Notes: a model not told the origin generated them from the sequence alone. Positions 1 to 11,639 are shown, numbered from the stretch's first letter. The stretch is DNA of 64,000 bases from Felis catus (GCF_018350175.1 NC_058373.1:108936001-109000000), one strand, 5' to 3'. Numbers and translations: made by a program.

Positions 1-166
1 GGAGAGAGAGTGAGAGAGAGGGAGAGAATGAGAATGAATGAATCTTAAGCAGGCTCCATGCCCAGTGTGGAGCCCAATGCAGGGCTGAATCCTACGATCC
101 TGGGATCATGGCCTGAGCTGAAATCAAGAGTCTGAGGCTTAACCGACTGGGTCACCCAGGCACCCC
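1..166 (-). mobile_element. Can-SINE (carnivore tRNA-derived SINE), cut by window edge
   Basis: Reverse complement of SINE head (...ttaaccgactgggtcacccaggcacccc) plus a (GA)n tract. Confidence 0.92.
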
Positions 167-244
167 GCCTCCTGTGTTCCAGTCTTAATGTTAAATGTTT
201 TACATGTGTTACCACATAATGTTCACAAAAATGCCACACAGCAA

Positions 245-601
245 GTAAAATTATCCTTCTCGTACAAATCAGTCAATTGATTCTGAAAAGGCAGATGTCC
301 AAGGTAATATTTCCAAGACCTTAGAGATAAAGAGTGTCATAACCACAGTTTTAACCTAAATCTAACTTTTAAGACTTGTTTTTTAATGTCTATTTATTTT
401 TGAGAGAGTGCAAGTCGGGGAAGTGCAGAGAGAGGAGGACAGAGGATCTGAAGTGGGCTCTGAACTGACAGCAGCGAGCCTGATGTGGGGCTCAAACTTA
501 CTAACCTTAAGATCATGATCTGAGCTGAAGTCAGACATTCAACCAAGTGAGCCACCCAGGTGCCCCCGAGTCTGTTTTTAAATACTATTTTGTACTGCCT
601 C
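245..601 (-). mobile_element. Highly degenerate MIR-like remnant interrupted by a Can-SINE
   Basis: attatccttctcgtacaaat...ccaagacc...ttttaacctaaatctaac...tactgcctc follows the order of antisense MIR core motifs; weak identity. Confidence 0.4.
379..567 (-). mobile_element. Can-SINE (older feliform type)
   Basis: T-rich tail, gagagag tract, agatcatgatctgagctgaagtc, gagccacccaggtgccccc head. Confidence 0.92.
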
Positions 602-1416
602 CTCTCTGATTTATAAAGATCTTCAGTGAATAATGAGGGCTGTGAGAAGAATTAAAAATAGAGTAGATTAGATCAATAATTTTGTCTTATTTTAATGTAG
701 TTTATTTGAAATTTAATATGAAATAGTGTGAATGTTTTAATGTGGGTGTACATATACATGTATATAAAACTACACATATACAGATTCTTGAGAGAAAGAA
801 AAAAAAGCCTCTTAGTTGTAAAATAGGTAAATCTTGTCATGGGTGACTTTGGTGATTTCATATCTACCCATGTAGGCCAATACTTTGGGCTATTGGAGAA
901 GAAGTTTCTTGGAAGCCAAAATGAGAGTGTTCTTCAAAACAAAAAGTGGATGCCATTTGTATTGCTTGCTCTCTGTTCCTATTCACTGGATACTTAGAGA
1001 AATAAAGTGACAATGAGTTGAAGTAAAAGTCAAGTTTGCTAGCATTTTCATTCAAAGAAGAATTCTTCAAAAAGATGAAAATAGAAGAAAAAATGAAATT
1101 CATTCTTACTGCTAATGAAATGTTTTCTTGATGTCAAGCAGTATCTGTTTGGAAGAAAACAACTTGGACTTAACCAGAAATTCAAAATATGGTGCATTTC
1201 CAACCTGGTAATTGGGCTGATGTGAGATGTCACAAACAGTGATTGTTACAATGGCCTGGCTCTTAAATGCACACTCTGGATTAAATGGTACCTGAATGGT
1301 GAGGGCACCACTCGGCGGTCTTGGCTAATCTATGTGAAACGATGGCACTAGGGAAGCCATTTCTGTTGGCTCTGAGTAAAGCCTGCCCCTATGCACCTGT
1401 GAGAAAGGCAGGTGTG

Positions 1417-1458
1417 TTGTTTTGTTTTGTTTTGTTTTGTTTCATTTTGTTTTGTTTT
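1417..1458. repeat. (TTTTG)n microsatellite
   Basis: Direct reading. Confidence 0.9.
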
Positions 1459-2099
1459 CATAGATCTGATTTTAAAAATAAGGTTAAAAGATGACAGCTG
1501 TGAGAAAAATGAAGCTATTCTCTGGAGAGTAGCTGCCTTGTGGGATAAGGGAAACTGCTCTTGGAAGCCAGCCCTGAGGCACTTTATTAGTCAGGTGTCA
1601 AAGGAGAGCTGCCTGTTCTAGAACTTGGGCTGAAAAGTTTCCTTTTAATCCTCTCTTAGGCAATATAATTTTTTACTTTCAAAAAATAATCTCTCTGGCA
1701 GTATGTTCATTTGACATTTGGTCAACAAATATTCTTGAGCAATTACTAAAATAACGGCATTGCTAATGTGCACCTGAAAAACTAAATGACTTTGTAAATT
1801 AAGGGTATTTTGATGTACCATGACCACAAAGAGTTTTAATTCAGCTTTTAGCATTTCTATACACATATGAATAGACCATTACTGTAACTAAGGTCATTTG
1901 GTGGTGCTACTTAGGGATACCAAAAAATCTTCCCATGAATAACGTTTCAAATCCAAATATATTTCACAAACTCCTGTTTTGTACAAAATATGTATACTAG
2001 GGAGGAATTTAATGTTCACTAAGATATTCTTTTAGGGACATGAGAATCTGGTGAAGAAAGCCAACATATACACAATATTAAATTCAGATCATAATTTTG

Positions 2100-3070
2100 C
2101 CTACTTGGTAAAAGTGTCCTACAAACACAGAACAGAAATAAAACTCAATTGGGGCAATGAGAGGACCATTTAAGGGGATCATAGTCAAACTTGGATCTGG
2201 ATGTAAAGAATAAATCAGGCAGGCATATTCCAACAGAAGGTACAATAGGAGCAATGAAAGGCCCAGAGACTAGAAAATTTGGGAAATGACAAATAGTATT
2301 CTGGTTTGAGGGTGGAGGTGGGAGTGGGAGAAGGGGATATTTTAATAGGTGTATGATACAAATGAAGGGGGTGGCCTTAAATAGCATGTAAAATAATCTG
2401 GACTTTAATTTTATGGAAATTTTAAATAAATTTTTAGGAAATACTAGTAATGTTTTGGGAAGAGGGGTGTCATAATCACAGCTTTAGAAAGATAATGCTT
2501 GTTGACTCTATTGGGAACAGAGAGATCTGTTTAGAGGCTACTGCAGTAGTCCTGACAAGAACTGATGGAACCTCAACTGAGTACAGTGACAATAGGGATG
2601 AGGGAAGAACCAGATGTCAGTAACACTGAAGAAATAGTATCAGTGGTTAGTAGTTTGAGATTTAGATATGAGAGTCCCCTGCATAGAATGTAAGTGTTGA
2701 CATTGTAGTAGTGGATGAGGTTGTCCAAAGAAAGAAAATAAAACAATCACTAGGCTGTGGTCCAGGCTGTCGTGAAACCAAGTCAGGTGGAGGACTTGGT
2801 CCTGGTGATTCATAGGCACTGGTGACCATTGGCAAAGAAGATTCATAGACAATATGACAACCAAATTCAAACTTCTGTGGGTTGGGGAGTAAAAAACAAA
2901 AGAAGGAGAAAGTGAACAGAGATAACTTTTTGTGGCATCTGGAATTTAGGATAAGAGAGTATTTTGAATGGGAAGCAGAGTCAAAGGGGACATTTTTTAG
3001 GAGTGAGACACAAGAGAATGTCCATGAAAGTCAAGGAAATCTGGAGAAGGAGGGAATGAAGTTGTAATAG
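2100..3070 (-). mobile_element. L2 LINE fragment
   Basis: Purine-rich; gaggctactgcagtagtcc...gatgg...agtgacaatagggatgag and ggcatattccaacagaagg resemble antisense L2 3' region; approximate ends. Confidence 0.6.
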
Positions 3071-3089
3071 AGTCTAAGAAGACTAAAGT

Positions 3090-3145
3090 TAATCCCATAA
3101 ATTATAATCCCATAATTATATAATTATATAATCCCATAATTATAT
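3090..3145. repeat. Short tandem repeat of aatcccataattat, about 3 copies
   Basis: aatcccataa repeated three times with tata spacers. Confidence 0.8.
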
Positions 3146-3185
3146 AGTTTGCCTTGGCAAGGACGAGAGAGTGTACAAAAATGCA

Positions 3186-3446
3186 AACCAAGAAACAGAC
3201 TCTAAACTATAGAGAACAAACTGATGGTTACCAGAGGGGAGGTTGGTGGGGGGATGGATTAAATAACTAATGAGAATTAAGGAGTGCACTTGTGATGAAC
3301 ACCAGGTGTTGAATGTAAGTGTTGAATCATTATATTATACACTTGAAGCTAATATTATACTATATGTTAACTAGAATTTAAATAAAAACTTAAAAAACTA
3401 AATGTTATTAAATAAAAGCTGATTTGGTAGTCAAAAAATTTTTTTT
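3186..3446 (+). mobile_element. 5'-truncated carnivore L1 3' UTR with a short 3' extension
   Basis: aaccaagaaacagactc...gagaacaaactgatggttaccagagggg...gaagctaatattatactatatgttaac...aataaa; aaatgca repeated at 3179-3185 and 3447-3453. Confidence 0.85.
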
Positions 3447-3664
3447 AAATGCAGACATTTTGAGGTGGGTGAAAGGGAAGCCTGCAAAATTCAGTAACTG
3501 GGAAGTACAATTGTTTGAGGTGATGGCCAACCCCTAACTCAGTTGCAAGCAGACAGAAAGGATCGGAAGTGAAACCAAACGAAGTTTAAGTAAAGAGATC
3601 TGGTTGTTAAAGTCACCAAAAATGAGGGAAGGAGCAGATGAGAACAAGAGAATATGTTCTCATA

Positions 3665-3981
3665 TAAAACATTATTTCCAGGTATGTCCATGAAGGTGTT
3701 CCCCGCTCATCTGAATTGGTGGATTCAGTAAAGTAGACTGCCCCGCCTCCACTGTGGGTGAGTATCATCCAATCTGCTGAGGGCCTGAATGGAACAAAAA
3801 GAAGGGGAAAGGATGATTTGTTCCCATTCTGCCTGCCTGCTTGATCTGGAACATCAGTCCAGATGGCCATTGGCTCCTCTGTTTCTCAGGTCTTGAACTG
3901 GCATTATACCACCAGCTTTCCCAGATCTCCAGCTTGCTCATTGGCAGATCATGACTTCTCAGCCTCATCTGTCTATCTGTC

Positions 3982-4027
<46 letters not shown>

Positions 4028-4059
4028 TATTCCCTTTCTCTTTGTAGAACACTAATACA
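3665..4059 (+). mobile_element. MLT2-type (ERVL) solo LTR with internal (TCTA)n
   Basis: gtaaagtagactgccc...atccaatctgctgagggcctgaatggaacaaaaag...ctccagcttgc...cagatcatgacttctcagcctc...agaacactaataca. Confidence 0.8.
3968..4027. repeat. (TCTA)n tetranucleotide microsatellite
   Basis: Direct reading. Confidence 0.95.
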
Positions 4060-4082
4060 CAGCCTCTACCAGAATATTTGTA

Positions 4083-4110
4083 GTGTGTGTATGTGTGTGT
4101 GTGTGTGTGT
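4083..4110. repeat. (TG)n microsatellite
   Basis: Direct reading. Confidence 0.9.
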
Positions 4111-5890
4111 ACAGATACATATAAACACATATGCACATATTTTTTCTATGCATAAATATTTAATATTAATTCCTGGTTCCTGTTTATTTTTTCATAAATG
4201 TGATTACATTTGAAAAAATTGTTTTCAACTTATTATTTGGTGATCTAAGATACCATGTGATCTTTTTTGAGGTATACAGCATGACCCTAGAATCACTCAA
4301 ATAGGAGTTATTATCCCCATTCTACCAGTGAAGAAAACTGCTTTTCTCACATGAATCTTCATCTTCTAAATTCTCACCCAGAGCATTTTCTATGGCAATC
4401 ATTACATTATATTTGTTTTCCTATTCAGAGAAAGGTTTAAATTTTTTTCAAAGGAGTGAAATATGGAAGAGATGTAATCTTTTCAGTGTTCAAGTTTTTG
4501 TAAACAGGATTAATATCTAACATTTATACATTGATTTACTGTTCACAGGGAATCTTGATAAAATCTTAGTGTCCACTACATGCTCCTTGGAATTCCAAGA
4601 CAATCTTGTATTGCATGAACATGACCATTATCTCACCTTCCAGCTTCCTCAAGCTGTGAGGAACACTGCAGACTGGCAAAAAGTCAGACTGTAGAGGAAT
4701 TACTGGAGAGAAAATAAACCTCACTTTGATGGTATTAATTATTTAGTTGAAACTTGCAGACTGGATATTCAGGAAGCTTTTGACATATCCCACATTACAG
4801 TGAAGCACTGAAGAGAAAGTAGCAACATAGAAATGTTCTTGTTGCCTGAGGCATGTTTTAATTTGGGGCTCAATGACTCAGCCCTACATGGGCAGCCAAA
4901 ATACACACTTTTCTTTTGGAAGTTGGCATATAAAGACTTTGGGGTTAACATCTCTGAAGGGCTTAAGTACCATTCGCCAGAGTAAGCTTGTTGTTTTATT
5001 CCATTTAGAATTGTGTATAGGTAGAGAAAGATAAATTTTTATTAAATTCTGACATGGTTTTTTTTTCTCATTTTATATGCAAGAGGATATGCCATTGTTT
5101 GGGGAGAAGTAAAAACGGCATTCTTATAGAGTGGATGTTAAAGTCACTAACCCAGGGTTTTCATTCTGGCCTCTTTCAGCAGGACCAGTATCAAGGGACA
5201 GTTTCTGTTGAGTCTCACGTGAAATTTATATTTTACCAAGTTGTTTAAGGTCTGAAAAATGGTGGGGCTAAGCACCTAAGTGCTTTCTGGAGGTTCAGGG
5301 GGCCCATTTTTTGAAGCTGGTTCTTCTCCCATGGCTATGTCTCAGGCTTATAATTTAAGAAGGCTGCCATATTATTTTGGAGGTTAAGCTGAGTGTTTCC
5401 TTGGTAATTGAGGTCACCTTCATGTGGATAGTAGCTAGTCTGAGATAATTTCTGGGTTTTTTTTTAATTTTTTCTTTTTCTCTGAAGATATCTTCAGAGA
5501 TGGTAGTGGAAAAGTCAGAACAATATGGTCTTTTAGCTGGTGGTAGATTCACAAATGTTGAGTTATTAAGTTCCTTGTACTATATGTGTTGCATATAATC
5601 TTTCATATATACAAGTAACTTATTTTAAAGCCTTAATTTTAAGTGCATTTTTAAAAAGTTTTTTAAAAGTGATGTGAATCTCAGAAGTAAGAACGTTCTT
5701 TCCATTCCCTTTGCTTTTCTCTGATTGTGGCACTTAAGAGAAGAGATGCAAAATCAAACACTCCCTAAAATCTTTTCAAAGGCCAAAGATATGGACCAGA
5801 ATGCTTGGTTGTGGCCAATTGACTATATTTTATAACTTAGAATCAAATGGGAATTTTATATAATTCTAAATATTTTTTGCTTGGTTGTTT

Positions 5891-5916
5891 TTGTTGTTGT
5901 TGTTGTTGTTGTTGTT
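5891..5916. repeat. (TTG)n microsatellite
   Basis: Direct reading. Confidence 0.9.
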
Positions 5917-7011
5917 TTGGTTTTGCATTTTCCCTGTTTTGTTGCAGGATTTTTTACAAGCTTACTTTTCAAATGCTGCAGAGCTGTGGTGCTGCAGAAA
6001 CTGGATATTAAGCATAGGGAGACCTAACTTTTAAACTGAACTTGGTTGAAATCAGATGGGAAGACATTTGGGTCCTCCTCCCTGCCTCTCTTGTCTGCTC
6101 TGATGTTATCTTGTTAAATGAAAATACCCTTCTCAAAATGACATTTTGCCCAATGGCATTCCTATTGTTTCTTTTAGGAGTGAGGAGACAAGAGAATGGC
6201 CATGGAAAGCAACTAAAACTGGAAAAGGAGAGAATAAAGATGTGTGAGAAGAGATAAGGGCAAGACCAAAGCGTAGTATGCCTTTGGCTTAGTGTTTGGA
6301 GGGTATACCAATGGTCTATCAGAGAATGAGATTAGTTCTCTCTTAAGAAATTCTCAAAACAGAGTGACTAGCATGTTTTTAAAGTCACAGTTGTTGGTCT
6401 CAGACAAACGCTTGGTAATGCCATGCAACTCTACCGTGTTGTCTGTACCAACTCACTGTCCCACTCTCTACAATGGTGTCCTTCTTGATTCTTTTCAAAA
6501 TTATGTACCCTTTCCCTACTCCTTCCTCATTCCTGGATGGCCTCAGCTCATACATTACATGAAAAATTGAAGGTATCAAATGGAAACTTTGTCGGCTTAC
6601 TGCCTCCAAACCAACAGATTGCCCACATCTGTACACATCATCTCTTCCCTTTTTCCTATTTCGTCAATTGAGTGTCATTCCTTCTCTCTGAATCCATTTC
6701 TTCCCCTGGTGCTTTGGTTCTGACCCCTTCTGAACTCCTCAGGAACTTTGCCTCACTCTTCCTTCTGTCTTTTGATGGCCACTTTTAAAATGTTCAGTTC
6801 TCACAGACAAACCTTCCTTTGAGCGCAAATCTTTCTCCTAGTAGCGCCTCAGTAATCTTCCCTTCACAGACTCTAAAAGAGACAGATGAACATATTTTCT
6901 CTCATTTTCTTATTTTATACTCATTGCCCAACCCACCCTTCTATCAGTCCACCAAAGCAGTTCTTTCAGTAGGCCCCTGATGGCTTCCATACTCCTCAAA
7001 AGGCTAGTTTA

Positions 7012-7233
7012 TTTTTTTTTAATTTTTTTTTCAACGTTTATTTATTTTTGGGACAGAGAGAGACAGAGCATGAACGGGGGAGGGGCAGAGAGAGAGGGAG
7101 ACACAGAATCGGAAACAGGCTCCAGGCTCCGAGCCATCAGCCCAAGCCTGACGCGGGGCTCGAACTCACAGACCGTGAGATCGTGACCTGGCTGAAGTCG
7201 GACGCTTAACCGACTGCGCCACCCAGGCGCCCC
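7012..7233 (-). mobile_element. Young feline Can-SINE (SINEC_Fc-like), full length
   Basis: CpG-intact; perfect 15-bp TSD caaaaggctagttta at 6997-7011 and 7235-7249. Confidence 0.97.
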
Positions 7234-7539
7234 ACAAAAGGCTAGTTTAAAGAATTCCTCATTGTACCTCTTTTGTCCAGGGTATTTGACACTGCTGATT
7301 GCTCTTTCCTTTCTGAAACTCTCTCTTCTCTTCTCTTGACTTTCATGACCCCACACTGTCCTAGATTCCCTTCTTTATTTCATAACCCCCCGACCTTTGT
7401 AGTTTTCTTTGCAGGCCTGTCCTCCTCTACCTAAGCGTCAAATGCTGGAGTGCCTCAAAGATGGTACTTGTCTGCCTTCTTGTCTCATTCAATCCAGTCT
7501 CCTTAGCAATGTTCTCCATGGTTCGAAACACCTTCATTA

Positions 7540-7765
7540 GGGGCGCCTGGGTGGCTCAGTCGGTTAAGCGTCGGACTTCAGCCCAGGTCATGATCTCGCG
7601 GTCCATGAGTTCGAGCCCCGCGTCGGGCTCTGTGCTGACAGCTCAGAGCCTGGAGCCTGTTTCAGATTCTGTGTCTCCCTCTCTCTCTGACCCTCCCCCA
7701 TTCATGCTCTGTCTGTCTCTGTCCCAAAAAAATAAATAAACATTAAAAAAAAATTAAAAAAAAAA
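7540..7765 (+). mobile_element. Young feline Can-SINE, full length
   Basis: ggggcgcctgggtggctcagtcgg (A box), agttcgagccc (B box), (CT)n, A tail; perfect 15-bp TSD gaaacaccttcatta at 7525-7539 and 7766-7780. Confidence 0.97.
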
Positions 7766-8286
7766 GAAACACCTTCATTATATTAAGTTCCCAAAGTATA
7801 CCTTCATTCATCTCCCTAACAGCTCTCTAATATCTCTTACTGAATGTCATATAATTACCTCAAATTCAAATTACCTAATATAGATGTCATGATTTTCCTC
7901 CACCCCAAATCTAAGTGTTCTTTATATTAGTGACTCTACCATCTATCCCAGTAAAAATCAGAAATCTGGAGGGAATTTATACTATTTCTCTCTCCCTCAT
8001 CAGCTATAATCAACCAACCTAATACTAAAGCATGTCAAGTCTAATCTCCAAATAACTCCAAATCCATTTCACTTGGTTCCTTCTACTGCCTGCCTAGTCC
8101 TGAACTTATCATCTCTTGCTGAGACTATTGCAAGAGCCAAACTGGTATTTAATTTTTCACTCTGACAACCCTCTCCATCACGATTCATTCTGAATTATAA
8201 CAGATGTGATCTTTTCAGAACAGAAATCATAATTGTGTTGCATACCTTACCTACAGAAAACATCTCATGAACTGCCCATTGGTCTT

Positions 8287-8483
8287 TTTTAAAAATGTTT
8301 ATTTATTTATTTTGAGAGAAAAGAGCACAAGCAGGGAAGGGGCAGAGAGAGAGGGATAGAGAGAATCACAAACAGGCTTCATACACCTAGCGTGGAGCCC
8401 AATGTAAGCCTCCATCTCACAAACCGTGACTGGGCTGAAATCGAGAGTCAGACGCTCAACTGACTGAGCCACCCAGGTGCTCC
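8287..8483 (-). mobile_element. Can-SINE (older)
   Basis: Head gagccacccaggtgctcc; degenerate TSD aactgcccattggtctt (8270-8286) / aactgctcactgatctt (8487-8503). Confidence 0.92.
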
Positions 8484-8582
8484 AACAACTGCTCACTGAT
8501 CTTAAGATAAGAACCTAACTCCTTAGCAAAGGTCAAAATGGTCTGATGATATGGCGAGTGGCTATTTCTCATCTTGTACCAG

Positions 8583-8810
8583 TTTTTTTGTTTTTGGTTT
8601 GGTTTTGGTTTTTGGTTTTTGGTTTTTTTGAGAGAGAGAGTGTATGTGAGCAGAGGAGGAGCAGAGGGAGAGGGGGAGAGAGAATCTTAAGTAGGCTCCA
8701 TGCCCAGTGCAAAGCATACTGCCAGGCTCAATCTCATGAACCGTGAGATCATGACCTGAGCCAAAATCAAGAGTCTTGATGCTTAACTGACTGAATCACT
8801 CAGGTGCACC
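8583..8810 (-). mobile_element. Can-SINE (older); tail decayed to (TTTGG)n
   Basis: gaatcttaagtaggctcc...gagatcatgacctgagccaaaatcaagagtc...caggtgcacc. Confidence 0.9.
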
Positions 8811-9503
8811 TGCCAATTTTAGTTCATATCTCTTTTCTCCAACCTGATTGGTCTTTCTCAGGTCTTCAGTGAACCATATGCCCTCCTCCCACAGAACCTT
8901 AACATATTTTACTTAAATCTTTCCCCATCAGTTCCCACCTCATCATTTCTTATTCATCCACAGATCTCAGAGCCTCTAGTCACCTATCTAGACCAGGGTC
9001 TACAGTCTAGACCAGGGTCCATGTATTTCATCCCCATAGAATAATGTTCTTCCTTCTAAACAATTTTAAGTTGTAATTATTTATGAAAAATATTTTTAAA
9101 ATAAACCCCTCTCTTTCTCCTGTAATCTCCATGAAAGCATGGAGCTCACAATTTTTTTGCTCCCAATTGTGTCCCCACCACTTAGTCAAGTTCATAGTAT
9201 ATAGGAGGATTTAATATTTGTTTTTAATAAATAAAACTCTGAATAAGATGGTGATATGATGGGACAGGGACTAGGGAAGAGACCAGAGAAGATAAAGTAC
9301 TACTGAACTATTATGCCTTTGTGAAAGTTTTCTGGGTTAGGCTGAGATCATTGGTCTCTGTATTATGCTGAGAATTTAAGCATCTGTAACTTCCAAGGCA
9401 ATAAGTAATACAGCACTGGTTACTTTCTCATGCAGTTTCCTGATTGAATCTATGGTTGCCTATTCACAGAATTCAGAGACTTCATCCTGGATTATAGGAT
9501 TTT

Positions 9504-10461
9504 CTTTTATTATTTTTTATTATTTTTTGAAGTTTTAATTTAAATTATAGTTAACTATAGTTAATTTAGTGAGTAGAATTTAGTTATTCATCACTTACAT
9601 ATAACACCCAGTGCTCATCATAATATGCTAAGTGGTCTGCAGAGAGGGCCAGTTGCAACTTAAAAAAAAAAAAAAAAAAGTCTCACCAAGCCTGGCCTCT
9701 ATGTGACTAATTAACACCAGAAAGGAGCAGACTCATGGACAAAAGGACATGAAGCACAGTGGGAAGGAAAGGAAAATCTTTGAGGCAAAATGATGCTTAA
9801 TGCCCATCACTCATTTAGCCCATTCCCCCCAACCTCCCCTTCAGCAACCTTGTTTGTTCTCTATAGTTAAGAGTCTCTTATGGTTTGCCGCCTTCTCTTT
9901 TTTTTTCCATTGCCCTATATCCATCTGTTTTGTTTCTTAAGCCCCACATATGAGTGAAATCATATGGTGTTTGTCTTTCTCTGACCGACTCATTTCGCTT
10001 AGCTTAATATACTCTAGTGCCATCCACATCATTGCAAATGGCAATATTTTATTCTTTTTGATGGCTAGGTAATATTCCATTGTACATATATACCACATCT
10101 CTTTTATCCATTCATCAGTTGATGGATGTTTGGGCTTTTTCCATAATTTGGCTATTGTGGATAGTGCTGCTATAAACATTGAGGGACATGTGCCCCTTCA
10201 AATCAGCATTTGTGTATCCTTTGGGTAAATACATAGTAGTGTAATTGCTGGATCATAGGGTAGTTCTGTTTTTAACTTTTTGAGGAACCTCCATACTGTT
10301 TTCCAGAGTGGATGTACCAGTTTGCATTCCCACCAAAAATGTAAGGGGGATCCCCTTTCTCTGCATCCTCACCAACATCTGTTGTTTCCTATGTAAATTT
10401 TAGCCATTCTGACAGGTGTGACGTGATATCTCATCATGGTTTTGATTTGTATTTCCCTGAT
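9504..10461 (-). mobile_element. 5'-truncated carnivore L1 (ORF2 C-terminus + 3' UTR) containing a foreign inverted insert at ~9625-9793
   Basis: ORF 9937-10179 MFIAALSTIAKLWKKPKHPSTDEWIKEMWYI is the L1 ORF2 C-terminus; degenerate TSD gattataggatttt (9490-9503) / gattgtacgatttt (10462-10475). Confidence 0.92.
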
Positions 10462-10702
10462 GATTGTACGATTTTTTGAAACTTGAGTTAATGTACAGTA
10501 CTAAGAAGAAGACCTCCACTTCATGCTCCTAATCTTTGTTCATTTTGCCTCATATATTTTCCTTTCCTTCCCACTGTGCTTCATGCCCTTTCATCCATGA
10601 GTCTGCTCCCTTCTGGTATAGTCAGTCATGCAGAGGCCAGGCTTGGTGAGGCTTTTTTTTTTTTTTAGCTGCAACTGGCCCTCTCTACAGACCACTTAGC
10701 AT
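9625..10702. repeat. Inverted duplication: 9625-9793 is the reverse complement of 10540-10702
   Basis: atgctaagtggtctg...ctcaccaagcctggcctct...gaagcacagtgggaaggaaaggaaaat...tgaggcaaaatga vs tcattttgcctca...cagaccacttagcat; about 15 substitutions plus small indels by hand alignment. Confidence 0.95.
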
Positions 10703-11639
10703 CAAACTCGGTGTTTGGAATGGGGACAAGGAAAATACAATTTTTTAAAAAAGCAATGTTATACATTTTTCTATACAGATTTATATTTATGTATTACCCT
10801 GTATGTGTATAGTTCTGTAAATGTGCTCTGTTGCTCTTTCCTGTGAATTATTTGTTTGTACATTAAGCAGGGCTATACAACTTACACCCTACCTTGCAGG
10901 AAATAGAAATAATGATATATATCTTTAAAAACTTTTCATTTTCTACAACAGACTTAAGTTTCCCTGAAGTCAAAAAACATCTTTTAAACAAAATTCTTGG
11001 TTTTAAGCTTTGTATTCAGTAGTACTGTGTGTAGTATATACCACTACATTGTGTAACCAAAGAGAGGCTTAGAAGGATGACTTCATAAAGGGAGTCAGTA
11101 GAGAACCCAGAAATACTGCCTTCTACAAATTAGCTCATCCTCTCCCCTGTTCCCTTTTAAGTGGAAGAGATGCCTATAAACTTCTGAAAGCCTGTTAATG
11201 TATAATTCATGAAAGGGGCCCAAAAACTTGTTTGGTGCATCCTTTTGAGTCTGAAGGTACATGCATGTCCTTACATCTAACAAATAAAGCAGTGAATAGA
11301 AATCCTGTCAACAAGCATACAGAGACATGCCATTATCAATTTGAGGATTCATTTTTCCTGAAAGATTACAAATATGTCTAAAACTACTGATCCAATAATG
11401 CATCAAATATATACTTTTATTTGAACCCAAGTTCAAATATTCAAGATGATTGCAAAGTAATGTAGAACATAAAAAGGTCTCCTCTTATTGAACTATTGTG
11501 TATATTTATGCATTGACATGAAATAATTATAAATAAAAGTTCTATACATAAGTAAAATCTTTTAGTTATGTAATTAAATTTGTAAACTTCTTCAAAACTC
11601 TTAAATTTTAAAAATTGGGTAAAAAGAAGTTGCTTTCTA

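Larger units (their letters stand above)
6600..9235 (+). mobile_element. Long L2 fragment (ORF2 remnant to 3' end) interrupted by four Can-SINEs
   Basis: gtatttgacactgctgattgctctttcctttctgaaact, atgctggagtgcctca, and 3' tgtaatctccatgaaagc...aatatttg...aataaataaa match L2; approximate ends. Confidence 0.75.

Noticed and set aside
1412..1463. GT...polypyrimidine...AG mini-intron and downstream open frame
   Set aside because: 52 nt is too short for a typical mammalian intron, the tract is a (TTTTG)n microsatellite, and the peptide is not recognisable
5925..5950. Strong-looking splice acceptor (ttttccctgttttgttgcag)
   Set aside because: No convincing donor or recognisable coding frame follows
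7540..7620. tRNA-like A and B boxes
   Set aside because: Internal Pol III promoter of tRNA-derived SINE heads; no complete tRNA cloverleaf
7461..7739. Recurrent ORF motif AQSVK...SAQVMISRS.SSSPASGSVLTAQSLEP seen many times in the ORF track
   Set aside because: Translation of Can-SINE sequence, not a protein family
8987..9019. 14-bp direct repeat tctagaccagggtc with a 5-bp spacer (similar small duplications at 48850-48900 and 56355-56441)
   Set aside because: Ordinary local slippage duplications inside old repeats; two copies only, not an array or CRISPR-like structure
9625..9793. Excess of A in the insert where the donor has G, suggesting APOBEC editing
   Set aside because: About six sites only, direction cannot be polarised without an outgroup, and some are CpG decay
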